Positions 35,460 to 48,260 of a stretch of 64,000 bases of DNA are shown one piece after another. Location: positions 65,100,001 through 65,164,000 of the forward strand of contig NC_043000.1 in NCBI RefSeq assembly GCF_006345805.1. The letters are read 5' to 3'. How positions within the stretch are numbered: the stretch's first letter is position 1; every line of letters begins with the position of its first letter. A model generated the notes under the pieces. It worked only from the letters and a program-made list of their open reading frames with translations, was not told the DNA's origin and searched no databases. A program made the position numbers and the translations under genes. Origin of the DNA: Octopus sinensis. Lineage: Eukaryota.

Positions 35460-37117
35460 CTTTAAAAGAAATTGGTCAAATATTCAGTTGTGTATGTAAC
35501 TGTTCAGATATGCAACTGGACAACAGATTTTTATGGCGAATTCAGTGTCGGACAAAGAATTTGTACTTGTTCCGACTTTCTGTGTTCTGAGTTCAAATCC
35601 CACTGTTCAGTGTCCTGTATATTAATTACACGTTCAAAGGTCGATAAATAAAGCACCAGTCAAATATTATGGACGATTTCTTTTCGTCCCTAAATCCCTT
35701 CTCCCCCCTTTCTTCCTTCTCTTTCTCCATCTCCATTTTATTTCTCCCATCTCTCTAAATCAGTGTCGCTACACTGTGTGAAGGGTCCACTCACAACGTC
35801 CTTTTGTCCAAAATGATTAACAACCTCTTCTAAAAGAAAAAAAAAAAGCAACAAACTGGTAAGCTAATACAATCATCTAGGGACAGGCCAGTTAATGTGC
35901 ACTACGGCACAGAACTGAAATACAACTAATAACAGGATAATTTTTTGTAATTACTTGATCAAACTTCATGAAACTAATACAATATAATGAAATTACAACT
36001 AATTATTAAAACAAATATATTTATGAAATTAAAATGAAATGAAATAAACAAATTACTCATTTGTATATTTGCAATAGATATATGTTATATGTAGCAATAA
36101 TACTGTTTAACTATCAATTAATTACATATTGACTAGTTCCATATAAGCAGCAAGCCGTATTTTAATTTAAGGTAGAATTGTCACCACGTCAGACAAAATG
36201 CGTAGCGGCATTTCTTCCGACTCTTCACGTTCTAAGTTCAAATCCGGTATCAACGAAATAAGAACCAGTCGATTACAGGGATGGGGAGGGATCAACGTAA
36301 TCAACTAACTCCCACCCCCAAAATTTTAGGCTTTATGCCTATATAAGTAAGTTTTTTTAATATTCTATTTTTCCCCACTAGCTTATTTTGCATAAGTTTT
36401 TTTAATATTCTATTTTTCCCCACTAGCATATTTTGCATACTTTCGTTTTGTGGGTTTCAGCTACATTTCAAATATTTGCTAACGATTGCAGTAGTATTTA
36501 AGTTATATTTTTTAGAACGTAAACACGGTTTCTATTTTATAAGCAATACAATATTTGAAGCGAGAAATTATGGTTACTTCCTTCAACAAATTTATCGATA
36601 TCTAGTTGCTTTGATGTTGATGCGATGTAGCCATTGGTTGTCACTGCTTACCCTTAGGTCCTGATCAAGCAGTCCCTATGAATGCCAACCATAACCGTCT
36701 CGTATTTTACGCTTCAGGCAATTCCGAATGCATTATCCGATGTCTTCTATTGCAAGAAGGTTGGGTGTAATTGAGGGAGATTGGCTGCTGTTTCTGGTGG
36801 GTTGAACGAGCTTGTATAGGCTTCCTCGTTAACTTGATTTTGCTGTTGTTGTTGTTGTTGTATTGTTATTGTAGATGTCGCTGTTAGTAAAGTTCGTCGC
36901 AGCCGATATTCCATGCAGTTAGAAATCTGTTCTGAATACGAAGAGGTTAAAAGTAAAAGAGAAAAAACAAATAAGACGTTACATATGAAGACTGGTAAAC
37001 ACTGGCGAGATAATCGAGAAGGAAATTCAACATATTTCAGAGCACATTCTCTTCTGTCTCTTTGTCTCTCTCTCTCCCTCCCTCTCTCTCCCTCCCTCTC
37101 TCTCTCTCTCAACATCT

Positions 37118-37147
<30 letters not shown>

Positions 37148-37148
<1 letters not shown>

Positions 37149-37370
37149 TGCATTTCTTTTATCTTTTGCTTGTTCCAGTCATTTGACTGTGGTCATGCTG
37201 AGGCACAGCATTGAAAGGTTTTAGTCGAATAAGTCGACCCCAAAACCATTTTTTAAAACCTGGTACTTATTTTGTTGGTCCTTCAGCCCAAACTGCTAGG
37301 TTACGGGGACATAAACACACCAATATCGGTTGTCAAGTGGCAGTGGGAGACAAACACAGATACAAAGGCA
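37148..37370 (-). mobile_element. CORE-SINE 3' half
   Basis: cttttgcttgttccagtcatttgactgtggtcatgctg..gtcgacccc..ggggacataaacacacc..ggttgtcaag. Confidence 0.75.
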
Positions 37371-37496
37371 CACACATGTATGTATGTATGTATGTATGTA
37401 TGTATGTATGTATGTACGCATGTTCGTATGTATGTATGTATGTATGTATGTATGTATGTATGTATGTATGTATGTATGTATGTATGTATGTATATA

Positions 37497-38050
37497 CAGC
37501 CTTGGCTAAAAGAATTAAGCCGCCCCAATGTTTTCGAGTTCTGCTTTCTCAATGAAATGATCTATTATCTCGAGGTGATGTAACCTTTTTTATACCTGTT
37601 CTTTGTACTGTCTTCGCATAATTTGTCTCTCTGAAGCGATTGAGAGTCGTTTGCACCGCACATCGAGAACGTTTCATCTTCTGGGCAATTTGCCTTTGAG
37701 ATATTCCCTCTTCATGATGAGCTACGAGTTGACCTCGTTCACTCTCACTCAACTCACTTGTTTTAGGCATTTTTACAGTTTATTAACTATATCGACAACG
37801 TATTTAACATAAAATTCTGAAATAATCAAGGAAGCATAAGTTAATTTTGGACGTTGGTCTTACTCATAATTGGTTGCATATGTCCAGTACAGTATAAAAG
37901 TGGCAATTGATGCTAAAGGAGGGTCAACCAGATATTAAAACTAATGTATATTGTGAAATATACCATAATCTACCATGTACTCGAGTTTCATTAACATTGA
38001 GACAGCAGAAACCCAAAACACTGGGGTTGGCCTAATGCTTTTGGCCAAGG

Positions 38051-38053
<3 letters not shown>
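37497..38053. mobile_element. Non-autonomous Tc1 element with ~60-bp TIRs and TA TSD
   Basis: cagccttggctaaaagaatta..tctcaatg / cattgagac..taatgcttttggccaaggctg, TA on both sides; contains transposase N-terminus (MPKTSELSESERGQLV..SQRQIA..) and C-terminus (AIDAKGGSTRY*). Confidence 0.9.
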
Positions 38054-38092
<39 letters not shown>

Positions 38093-38261
38093 TATATATA
38101 TATAGTAAGCACATAAATGTAAAACAAGGAGGAAAAAAGAGTACTGAAATACCAAGGTAGAGTAATATGCCTTATTTAAAAGCAAACAAAACTGTCTGAC
38201 GAATAAGAACGTGAAACTCCGAGTAACAGTTTTTTGTGATATTTCTGCTGCTTTTAAATAA

Positions 38262-38319
<58 letters not shown>

Positions 38320-38334
38320 CATACATACATACCA

Positions 38335-38475
38335 CGTATTTCATTCAGTTTCTGTCTACTAAATCTACTCACAAGGCTTCGGTGGGCTCAAGGCATTAGT
38401 AGAAGACACTTACCCAAGGTGCCATGCAGTGGGACTGGACCCGGAACAATGTAGTCGGGAAACAAGCTTCTTACC
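38335..38475 (-). mobile_element. CORE-SINE 5' half
   Basis: ttcagtttctgtctactaaatctactcacaaggc..gacacttacccaaggtgccatgcagtgggact. Confidence 0.75.
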
Positions 38476-38959
38476 AATATTAATGTCTGTTTTCCTTTGA
38501 AGTCATATATAAAAACACTATAACATTAAACTGTGAAGTATTACTGACTTCGGAGTTTCGGCTACCTCGCAGTCATCACACATTCAGATAATCTGATGAG
38601 AGCGAAAAGGCCGAAACAACTTCCAAGTGGTAGTTACATTTCCCTAGTAAAAATTAATAGTTAACACACACACACACACACACACACTAATTCGTTAAGA
38701 CAGGCGTTTTTGTATTTGTAAATTCCATATAATAAATATCACTTCAACACGTAGTATATTTATGAAATCAGATATTAATGGAGTTGGAAAACTTCGAATT
38801 TTATAAATTGAAGATCGTAATATATCGAATGATTTTCCCGTCTACCTAAAATTACTGATATATTTCCAGTTAAAACTTTCAGAATGATAAAACCAAAATA
38901 TATTTTATGTATTTTTGTCAGGCAGAAAATATGATTCTGCGTGGATATGTGTGTGTAGC

Positions 38960-38997
<38 letters not shown>

Positions 38998-39183
38998 TAT
39001 ATTATATATATATATATTATGAGTATACATCTATATATGTAAATGTAATATATATGTGTGTACACGTACACACACACATACATACATATATATAAATATA
39101 AATATATGTATATATATTATATATATATATGTATTTATATACATATACATGTACATATACAAACATATATATATCAACATATA

Positions 39184-39231
<48 letters not shown>

Positions 39232-39579
39232 ATATATACATATTATTTGTGTGTGTGTGTGTTTCTTTTTTTATTAGATGAACAGATATATGTTAGAGTT
39301 CCATAATTGTATTTTGTGGTATGAAATTTTGTTAGACTCTGGTCTCAGTCTATCTATCAGGATTGGCAGGTAAAATATACATCAATATGATTATCGAAAT
39401 ATATCAGCATCGATGCCTATGTACTTCAATGCTTAATAAAGATCAAAATATTCAGTTGATATTTTAGTATATTTATAAACATTTAATATGTTTGTTTTGT
39501 CTGGCAATATGAATTATAGCAGCAGACAGTTTCTCTTCCACACCTTTTTTAATCGGGATATATGTGTGTGTATTCATAT

Positions 39580-39612
<33 letters not shown>

Positions 39613-39672
39613 GGATGTAAATAAATCTATCTACCAATCTACCATCTATCTATCTATCTATCTATCTATCTA

Positions 39673-39706
<34 letters not shown>

Positions 39707-39754
39707 GTCTATCTGTCTAACTGTGTAACTGTTTTCTATCTGTCTGTCTATATG

Positions 39755-39844
<90 letters not shown>

Positions 39845-40204
39845 CTCCCTCTCTCTCTCTCTCTCTATGTTCGTCCCTTTGTGTATTTCACGTTATTTAT
39901 ATATGTAAAGGTTTATTCTATATATATATATATATATATATACGTATACATTTATATACGTATATATTTATATGTAAACATGCGTGTGTGTGTGTATGTA
40001 TGTGTGTGAGTGTGTCTACGCGCACGCGTTTGCGTATACATGTAGGCCAATATATTTACATAATATACATTCAAACACACATTCTCATACAAACACACAC
40101 ATACACACACACGCACACACACAGACACACACAAACACACACAAACACGTACACATATACCTCGCACATATAAGTCAAACAAACCGAACCCACGTGCGAC
40201 ATTT

Positions 40205-40390
40205 CCTGGTGTTCTCTTTTTTTTTACCTTCTTTCACCTCTCTCTTCACTACCCAGTTTCACTTGCACTACTCTCTGGTATCTGAAGAAGGGCTATGCCC
40301 GAAACGTTATACCGTTTCCTCTTACCATTCTTCTTTGAGCGTCAACCCAAATAATATCAATAATTCGCACTATTTTATATTTGATTTTAA
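40205..40390 (+). mobile_element. Penelope-type terminal fragment with a hammerhead-core-like motif
   Basis: ctgaaga-agggctatgccc-gaaac at 40282-40305, preceded by a pyrimidine-rich stretch, as in PLE pseudo-LTRs. Confidence 0.5.
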
Positions 40391-40620
40391 CTGAAAAAAC
40401 TGGATTACTACTTCTGTGTGAAAGCAATTTATAATATACTAAATACAACACTATTTGTGCTTCTTGAACAAATTATGAGCTACATTTGTTATGAAATGCT
40501 TCAAATACAAATCAGGGCACGGCTATCATTTTAGGGTCTATGGTACAATGTTTTGAAGCCTGTTACAAGTAGTTATCATAATGAGAAATTAGTTATGCTC
40601 GAAATGGAGTGGACGACGTC

Positions 40621-40649
<29 letters not shown>

Positions 40650-40655
<6 letters not shown>

Positions 40656-41546
40656 CCCTGTATCCTATTTAATGTAATTACATCATTGAAAGGCAATTTA
40701 CTGCGGTACTCGTTCAGAGGAAACAACTCTTATGCATGAGCTGTGTTTAAAAAGCGAACAACAACAGTTTATATCAGCGGCTAGCGAAAACGTCAGATAC
40801 ATTCCGGCATTTCAGCCTAGTTGGTAGTGAAGTAAGGATATGAAAGAAATTATGCATCCTTAAGGATATTATGCATCAATTCCCTCAACTCAAAGGATCT
40901 GTGTTTAACCTCAGAGATTTTATCTTGATTGGTTCCCCAGTCACTTCGCCACTGACGCCAGCCGTTCCGTGACCAGTATTTTGAAGATTTACCCACACAT
41001 AATTTAGAACATTGTTGCTTTTTATAAAACCTCTGCTCATCCTAATACTGAGCAATTAGTAGAGATAGCAGAATTCAGTATCTTGTTTTCGGCCTCCTAA
41101 CACACTTTTATTTACTCAGTCAATAAATTAGAGAATAAATATTGCCTGCAAAAGGCTACATTGGAAGAATTTTTAGGTAGAAATAATGGTTGTGTTGGAG
41201 GATGGTGCTGATGCAGAAAATACAGTGGGGGTGGGGTCGGACTCTTCAGAATCTATGAATGTCCAACGTTAAGTTTATGTTTTTGAACTTTGTATTTGGA
41301 AGGAGTTGATGATGACGACTATGGTAAATGTCAGGAAGAAGTTGTTGAATAATATCGAACCTAATTTGGAGTTTGAAGAATCTGAGACAAACTACTTTGT
41401 AAATGTTGGCAACTGGGAAACAACTAAAGATAATGTCCAGAAGCAGCTTGAAATTGAATATGATTCTGGTTATCAAGTCTTCACTGACGAAGAAATTGTA
41501 AATGAGGCTCTATATGATACGGCCGGAGAAAAAAACCTTGAAGAAG

Positions 41547-41577
<31 letters not shown>

Positions 41578-41760
41578 GATACAAATATGGGCAACACTGA
41601 GATGAATTATCTCATGGACAATGCTTTCTACTACAAAAGGGCAGCTGATCCTGAGATTGTCTTTTACAATGAATATGTTCGATAGTTCAAAGCAATTTTG
41701 ATTAAGAAAGAATGTTAGAACAGCGAACAACTATAGCTAGGTCCTTTTCTAAGATAACTT
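40650..41760 (+). mobile_element. Decayed pogo/Tigger (jerky-like) transposase remnant
   Basis: PPNT (41092-41103) followed by IACKRLHWKNF (cf. QPMDQGII.A.KR.Y), MVNVRKKLL, and an acidic tail FTDEEIVNE..EEEEE; multiple stops and frameshifts. Confidence 0.6.
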
Positions 41761-42237
41761 CAATTTCACCTCTAACAACGTGTACATCACAACTGTCTGC
41801 ATATGAACAAACAGACGACATCAGTGTTTCCATATATACCCATTTCAGAAAAGCCTGAAGGGGAAATGGATTCCTCTTCACTTCTACTTTCAGACACTGA
41901 ATAAAGATTACTGTATACTCTTCAACTCCGTTGTCAAAAAGATAAAATAAATGAATAAATAAATACATATTCTTCTTTATTATAGTTTGATAATTTTATA
42001 TCGTGCAAATACATACACTGTGTTTGTTTTCTTTTATGTGGAAAACGATGCAAAATAGCTCCTTATCTACGGCCAATCTAATGAATTTTCTGCATCAACG
42101 GACAGACCATCTTCCTATTAGTCCATTTCACCAGGGGTTTACTATCTATGTTTATGTGCATGAGTGTGTGCGCGCAACTCACACACACACACACACGCAC
42201 ACGCACACGCACACACACACGCACACACACACGCACG

Positions 42238-42283
<46 letters not shown>

Positions 42284-42286
42284 TGT

Positions 42287-42573
42287 ATGATCGAGTCTCC
42301 CGTCGAAAATGCCGGGTGAGCGTTCAGTTTTTGCTGAACGACCGGCACAAATGATTCGTTTATAGTGATCAAATGTGTGTGCTGTACAAATTTCCATCAA
42401 ATCGATGTTGCTCGAACAGGTGCGCAGTGTAACACGCGTCAAGTGTCGCAGTGATCGGAGAGCATCCTTAGATGAAGTGTTTTGCTCAAGAACACAACGA
42501 CCCAACCGGTTCAGGAATTGAAACCAGGATCTTGCGACCGAGAGTCCAACGCCTTAACCACTAAGCCATGTGC
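42287..42573 (-). mobile_element. tRNA-derived SINE (second family, CORE-like gttgtgttcttgagcaaaacactt)
   Basis: Minus strand gcacatggcttagtggttaaggcgttggactctcggtcgcaagatcctggtttcaattcc has A and B boxes followed by a non-tRNA body. Confidence 0.75.
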
Positions 42574-42576
42574 TTT

Positions 42577-43058
42577 CACATACATACATACATACATACA
42601 TACATACATACATACATACATACATACATACATACATGCATACATACATGCATGCATGCATGCATACATACATACTTACATACATACATACATACATACA
42701 TACATGCATACATACATGCATGCATACATGCATACATACATGCATGCATGCATGCATACATACATACTTGCATACACACATACATACACACATACATACA
42801 TACATACATACATACATACATACATACATACATACATACAGAAAGCTAAGCTAGCTTGCTAGCAAGATAGATAGGTACTTAGGTTGAGTATATATATACA
42901 TATATATATATAATATATATATATGTATGTATTATGTATGTATGTATGTATGTATGTATGTATACACATACACACACATAAATAGAGAGAGAGAGAAATT
43001 GATAGATGGATAGATAGATAGATAGATACATACATACATACATACATACATACATACA

Positions 43059-43090
<32 letters not shown>
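42577..43090. repeat. Compound (TACA)/(TGCA)/(TAGA) microsatellite block
   Basis: Long tetranucleotide runs. Confidence 0.9.
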
Positions 43091-43091
<1 letters not shown>

Positions 43092-43609
43092 TGTATATAC
43101 ATTGTCAATCAATAAACACACACAATCACAGAGACATATTTTACCAAATGAAGAATATTGGCAATTTTACAAAATGCCTTTATCATACCAGCTATTTTAT
43201 TTTTCCCAGTGTATCTAAACATCTTTTCTTGTGTTGTACCAAAAACAGCAAGAGAGTTACAAGTTTAATATATTTGTATAAAATATTAAGAATCTTTAGT
43301 AACGTGTCAGAGACACTCTGTAAGTATGCTCTGAAGATTCTAACCTCAAACCTCTTTGAAGCTAAGCAGAAAAAGAAAAAGTTAAAATAGTTTATAATGC
43401 AAATGGGATGCGCCATTTGCTATGCGCCGGAAGTTATTTCAGAAGCCTCTATAAATAACCGCCCAAAACAGTGCTGCTTCTGTGTCGTAGTAAAAAAAAT
43501 AGCTGTTCAATATCTTTCAGCAGAAATCGATAGCTAATTAATTCCTTTTTAAAAGAAACAAAAATATTTGCTTCTCTTTTCATTCTCGTTTAACTGAAAG
43601 TTACTCTAT

Positions 43610-43778
43610 AATAATGAGAATGATAATGATGATGATGATGGTGGTGGTGGTGGTGGTGATTGTGGTGGTGGTGGTTATAATAGTAATGATTAATATTAAT
43701 AGTGATAATAATAATGATGAAGATGATGATAACAATAATAACAACAACAACAATAATAATAATAATAATAACAATAAC

Positions 43779-43823
<45 letters not shown>
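43610..43823. repeat. Compound trinucleotide microsatellite (GAT/GGT/AAT/AAC)
   Basis: Direct inspection; explains the poly-N/I/H ORFs. Confidence 0.9.
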
Positions 43824-44496
43824 CATGGTTTAGTCTCAAATTCTGGCACAAAACCAGTAATTTAGTGGGTGGCATAAGTGTTCGATTGGTACTTTATCAC
43901 CCTCGAAAGGGTGAAAGGCTAAGTCGACGTCAGTGGCACTCAGAACGGAAAGCTGGAAGAAATGTCGCAATGCATTTTGTCCGACGTACAAGCGATGCTG
44001 CTAGCTCACCAATTTTGGCACTAGATCAGTGATTTTAGGGAGAGACCAATTACACAGGCCCCAGTGCTCAACTGCTACTCCTTTTTTTTATAGGTCTTGA
44101 AAGGGTGAAAGTACAGCCGATTTCGGCAGAGGTACAACTCTAACGAATCTGCGAGCCTACCACCAATGGGTTCTAACTGGGTCACAAGGCCTGACATTTT
44201 ACGGGAAGAATTAGTGGATACCGTTGACCCCTTACCTTGCACTTTATTTTATCGGACCTAGAGTAATCAAAAGGGAAAGTCGATCTCGACGGAATCTGGA
44301 TATGGAACGATAAGAGCCGGAAAAATGCTGGAAGACTTTTGTCCGACGGCACTTTTACCGCAATACCGAGCGCAACTTAATACCTTCGCATATGCAATAT
44401 TTAGTGCTTCGGTAGCGCAATAGGCAGCGCGCCAGTCTCATAACTGAAACCAATATATTTTGTTATTTTGATCGTATTGAAAGTGATTTTTGTACA

Positions 44497-45749
44497 ATCA
44501 GGTCATCCCATAAGTTCTGTCCAATTTTACCATTTTAAAAAAATTGAATGAAATTTAATAGTATTTTAGACTGTCTAATGGGATTAAAAATTATTTTTAT
44601 ACATTTGTGCATATTTTAACTAATTAAATATTATTTTATAGAATAATAGAATTAAAATGTCTTTGATTAAAACCCTTTCTAACATGGAAGTATCCAAAGA
44701 ACATTTAAGGCACATAATGCTTTATGAGTACGAAAAAGGAAACTCTGCAGCCGAAGCGACTCGAAACATACACTCAGTTTATGGGAAAGAATACTTGAAT
44801 GAAAGAACTTGCAGAAGATGGTTTGCAAAATTCAGAAGATGAAGATCGAACATGACGTCCAGCTGAGTTTGATGACAAGCTCCTTGAGGCATTACTTGAA
44901 GAAAATCCTGCATTATCAGTTGAAGAATTGGCAATAAAGCTTAGTTCAAACCATACAACTGTTCATCATCTTCTTCAACAACTTGGAAAATGGGTTCCTC
45001 ATGAATTGACCGAAAGCAACCGCAAATCCCAAGTTGACATCTGCTCTTCTCTTCATTCTCACGAATTCATTTCACCCTTTTTGGATAGACTTGTGACTGG
45101 TTATGAAAAATGGATCTTCTATCGAAAATGTTAAATGTTGTAAACAGTGACTTGGTAAAAGGGAAAAAACTCACCCACAACCGAGAAGGGAACTTCATGG
45201 AAAAAAGTTTCTTCTCTCTATCTGGTGGGATTGCAAAGGAGTAGTTCACTTTGAATTGTTACCACCTAATGCAACAATCAATGCTCAAGTCTACTGTCAG
45301 CAATTAGAGTGTTTGAACCAAGCTTTGAAGAAAAAAAACCCCACTTTAGTGAATTGAAAAGGAGTGATGTTTCATCAGGACAATGCGCGACCCCACATTG
45401 CTAAGATCACATCACAGAAGATTGAAGAGCTTGGTTGGGTAAAAATCCTCATCCACCTTATTCTCCCGACCTTGCTCCTTCAGACTACATTTGTTTCGTA
45501 GTTTACAGAATCATTTGTGGGACAAACTTTCGCAAGCCAGGAGGAGATTGAAACTGACACTTCAGAGTTCTTCGCTTTGAAACCAAAAGAGTCTTACATT
45601 GATGGGATTAAAAAGCTTGTAAATAGATGGAGGGAAGTCATAGATGATCAGGGAAAGTACATCGATAATTAAATTTCAATTAAATATAACATTTGATCGC
45701 TTGTTTTCTTTATTCGAAATTCGGACAGAAATTATGCGATGATCTGTTA
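44497..45749 (+). mobile_element. Full-length but inactivated mariner (DD34D) element, ~1.25 kb
   Basis: TIRs caggtcatcccataagttctgtcc (44499-44522) / ggacagaaattatgcgatgatctg (45723-45746); transposase inside. Confidence 0.9.
44657..45672 (+). pseudogene. Mariner transposase pseudogene
   Basis: HLRHIMLYE..AAEATRNI..RRWFAKF; WVPHEL; VTGYEKW (first catalytic D mutated to Y); HQDNARPH; YSPDLAPSDY; stops and frameshifts. Confidence 0.9.
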
Positions 45750-46289
45750 TGTGTGCGGTGCCTAGTCGTACTATTTTCTGCATATTGAGTATTTTAAGTC
45801 TTAGTGTCTTGGCTATTTATTTGTCGGTGTGTTTTTTTTTTTATATTATTTCCAAGACAACTATTGTTTTAGGGATTGCTTCTCTTTTCGGTCCACGTAG
45901 CCCTTTTTCCATATCCTAATATTCGGATGATTTCTCCATTTCTCTGACAGATACATTATCGTTTGTTGGATCTGTTACTTTGATTTTTTGGCATTTCTCT
46001 TGCTGAACCCTTCACAATATTATCTCATAGATTAATCTTGATCTCTGTGTATTTACAAAATGTCTTTGACAGGTTACAAAAACCTTTGATATAATATATG
46101 TATATATATATATTAGATAAATATTTATATATATTAGGTAAATATTATTAAATTTATGGCTCTCCTGCAGTTTTTGGTAAAACACAATAAAGGGTGTTTA
46201 GATACACTGGGAAAAACAAAATAAGTCATATGCTAAAAATATTTTTGAAGAGTGCCAATATTCTACAGATGAATTGGCTATTGAACATT

Positions 46290-46672
46290 CTTTTACTCGT
46301 TTCAGTCATTTGACTGCGGCCATGCTGGAGTACTGCCTTTAGTCGAACAAATCGATCCCAGTACTTATTATCTGTAAGCCTCTCTTTTGCCGAACCGCTA
46401 AGTAGCAGGGACGTAAGCACACCAGCATCGGTTGTCAAGCGATGGTGGGGAGACACACTCAGACAACAAACACACACAAATACACACACATATATATATA
46501 TATATATACATATAGTCGAGCTTCTTTCAGTTTCCGTCTACCACATCCACTCCCAAGGTTTTGGTCGGTCCGAGGCTATAGTAAAAGACACTTGCCCAAG
46601 GTGCTGCGCAATGGGACTGAACCCGGAACAATGGGGCTGGTAGGCAAGCTACTTACAACACAGCCACTCCTG
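46290..46672 (-). mobile_element. Full-length CORE-SINE
   Basis: Reverse complement of the 60996-61400 family from tail to caggagtggctgtg head. Confidence 0.85.
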
Positions 46673-46697
46673 TGCGTGTGTGTATATATATGTATAT

Positions 46698-46793
<96 letters not shown>

Positions 46794-46794
46794 C

Positions 46795-47016
46795 ACGAGA
46801 GGGTGCTGGAAAGTTCCTGGATTTAAGAGTATCGCGAAAGGCTTCATTGGAGGCCTAACCTTCCGAGTTATTTTACAGGGCTTTAAAAAAAAATGAAGAA
46901 CCGCTAAAATAAGTGTGTGAATCTAAGAGGAGAATATGTTGAATAAAATAATCAATTGATCCTCCTGTATTTTCTTTTACCCGAAGCACCTCTCATATAA
47001 TTCAGCACCTCTCATA
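46795..47016 (+). mobile_element. Mariner-derived MITE, right end partly deleted and duplicated
   Basis: Left TIR acgagagggtgctggaaagttcctgg; retains transposase C-terminal ..NKCVNLRGEYVE*; right-end cagcacctctcata present twice (46984-47016). Confidence 0.75.
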
Positions 47017-47049
47017 TAATATATATATATATAGTTCAAATTTATATTC

Positions 47050-47410
47050 TGCTTCGTTACATGCTTTTGGTGATATCTTGTGGAAGGTTTCGATCCTGCG
47101 CTGCCATCCAGATTTCCTCGGTTTCAGTTATTTGTTCCGCATTTCTTTTCTCAGCTACTGTTGTGAATTTTCTTCGTCTGCTTCCGTTCAGTTCAATCTT
47201 TTCAAGTATCAGCTATGTACCTTTTTTAATCATGATATTATCTAGTCATATTTTAATTTTCTCTTTTGACCTTTCAACAATTTCTGTTGTTAGTCTTCCT
47301 TTTTCTTCTTACTTAACATTTTGCTTTTGTCTGTCTGGTAGCCATGGCAAAAGAGGCTGCGTAGTGGACAGGACTGAAAGGGCTGAAGACAGATGTTTTT
47401 CTCTCTAGCC
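47050..47410 (-). mobile_element. Possible decayed 5' UTR + ORF1 start of a non-LTR element related to the array unit
   Basis: Minus strand gagag..gtcttcagccctttcagtc resembles the array 5' end gagagcgtcttcggcttttagtc; followed by gccATG and a stop-ridden E/K-rich frame. Confidence 0.3.
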
Positions 47411-47774
47411 CAAGCGCTCAACTTTTTCAGGTTTCATTTGAAACGAAAACTGAGGGTAGAGAGAAAAGTGTCATATTCCAGTAAATTTGTTGAGCGGTGG
47501 ATGAGAGTGGCAAGCATATTACAAGAGAACGGACCCGCTCTGAGCATGCGCTTTTAGATTGAAAAAGAAATGAATAGGAAAAGCGGCTGCCTAAGTGGTC
47601 AGAGTGATTACTTTTGGTGGGATTTCCACGAGTAACTCTCGGAGGTCCTCCTATTGGGGAATTTTCATTGTTTAAAATTTTATTACCTCTTTGGTTTTAT
47701 TATAAATTTGTGTACCTGTAAAAAAAACCTGTTTTGCTGTCTTGTACCAATGTTTTTTGCATCTTTTAAGTTGA

Positions 47775-48260
47775 TTGTATCTTTCATCTTTCGGGGTCGA
47801 TTAAATAAGTACCTGTTGAGCACTGGGGTCGATGTAATCAACTTATCCCCTCCTCAATATTTCAGGCCTTGTGCCTATTGTAGAAAGCATTATTAAGATG
47901 GTTAGCTGGCCGAATCAGTAGAGTGTCGGACAAAATGCTTATTGGCATTCGTTTAGGCTCTTCATATTCTGAGCTCAAATCTCACCGAAGTTAGCTTTGT
48001 CTTTCATTCTTTTGGTGTCAATTGAATAAGTACCAGTGAAGTACTGGGGTCGATGTAATAGACTTGTCAACTCCCCTCTAAATAGCTGGCCTTGAGCCAA
48101 AATTACAAAAACATATTGCAAAGGCGGCGAGTTGGAAAATTTTTTAAAGTGTCAAAAAATTTTTTATTTGGTATTCATTCGGTATCCTTCCAGCTCTTTA
48201 CGGTCTTATTTCAAATCCTACTGAGGTCAAGCTTGCCTTTCATTCCTTCGGAAACGATCA
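47775..48260 (+). mobile_element. Cluster of three degenerate tRNA-derived SINE copies
   Basis: Repeated ggggtcgat..aagtacc, tgagctcaaatctc, ggcggcgagttgg motifs. Confidence 0.75.

Noticed and set aside
36348-36437. 45-bp direct repeat, two copies
   Set aside because: Simple local slippage duplication with no further structure.
44657-45672. Host SETMAR-like gene
   Set aside because: No SET domain, TIRs are present and the frame is broken; it is a dead mariner.
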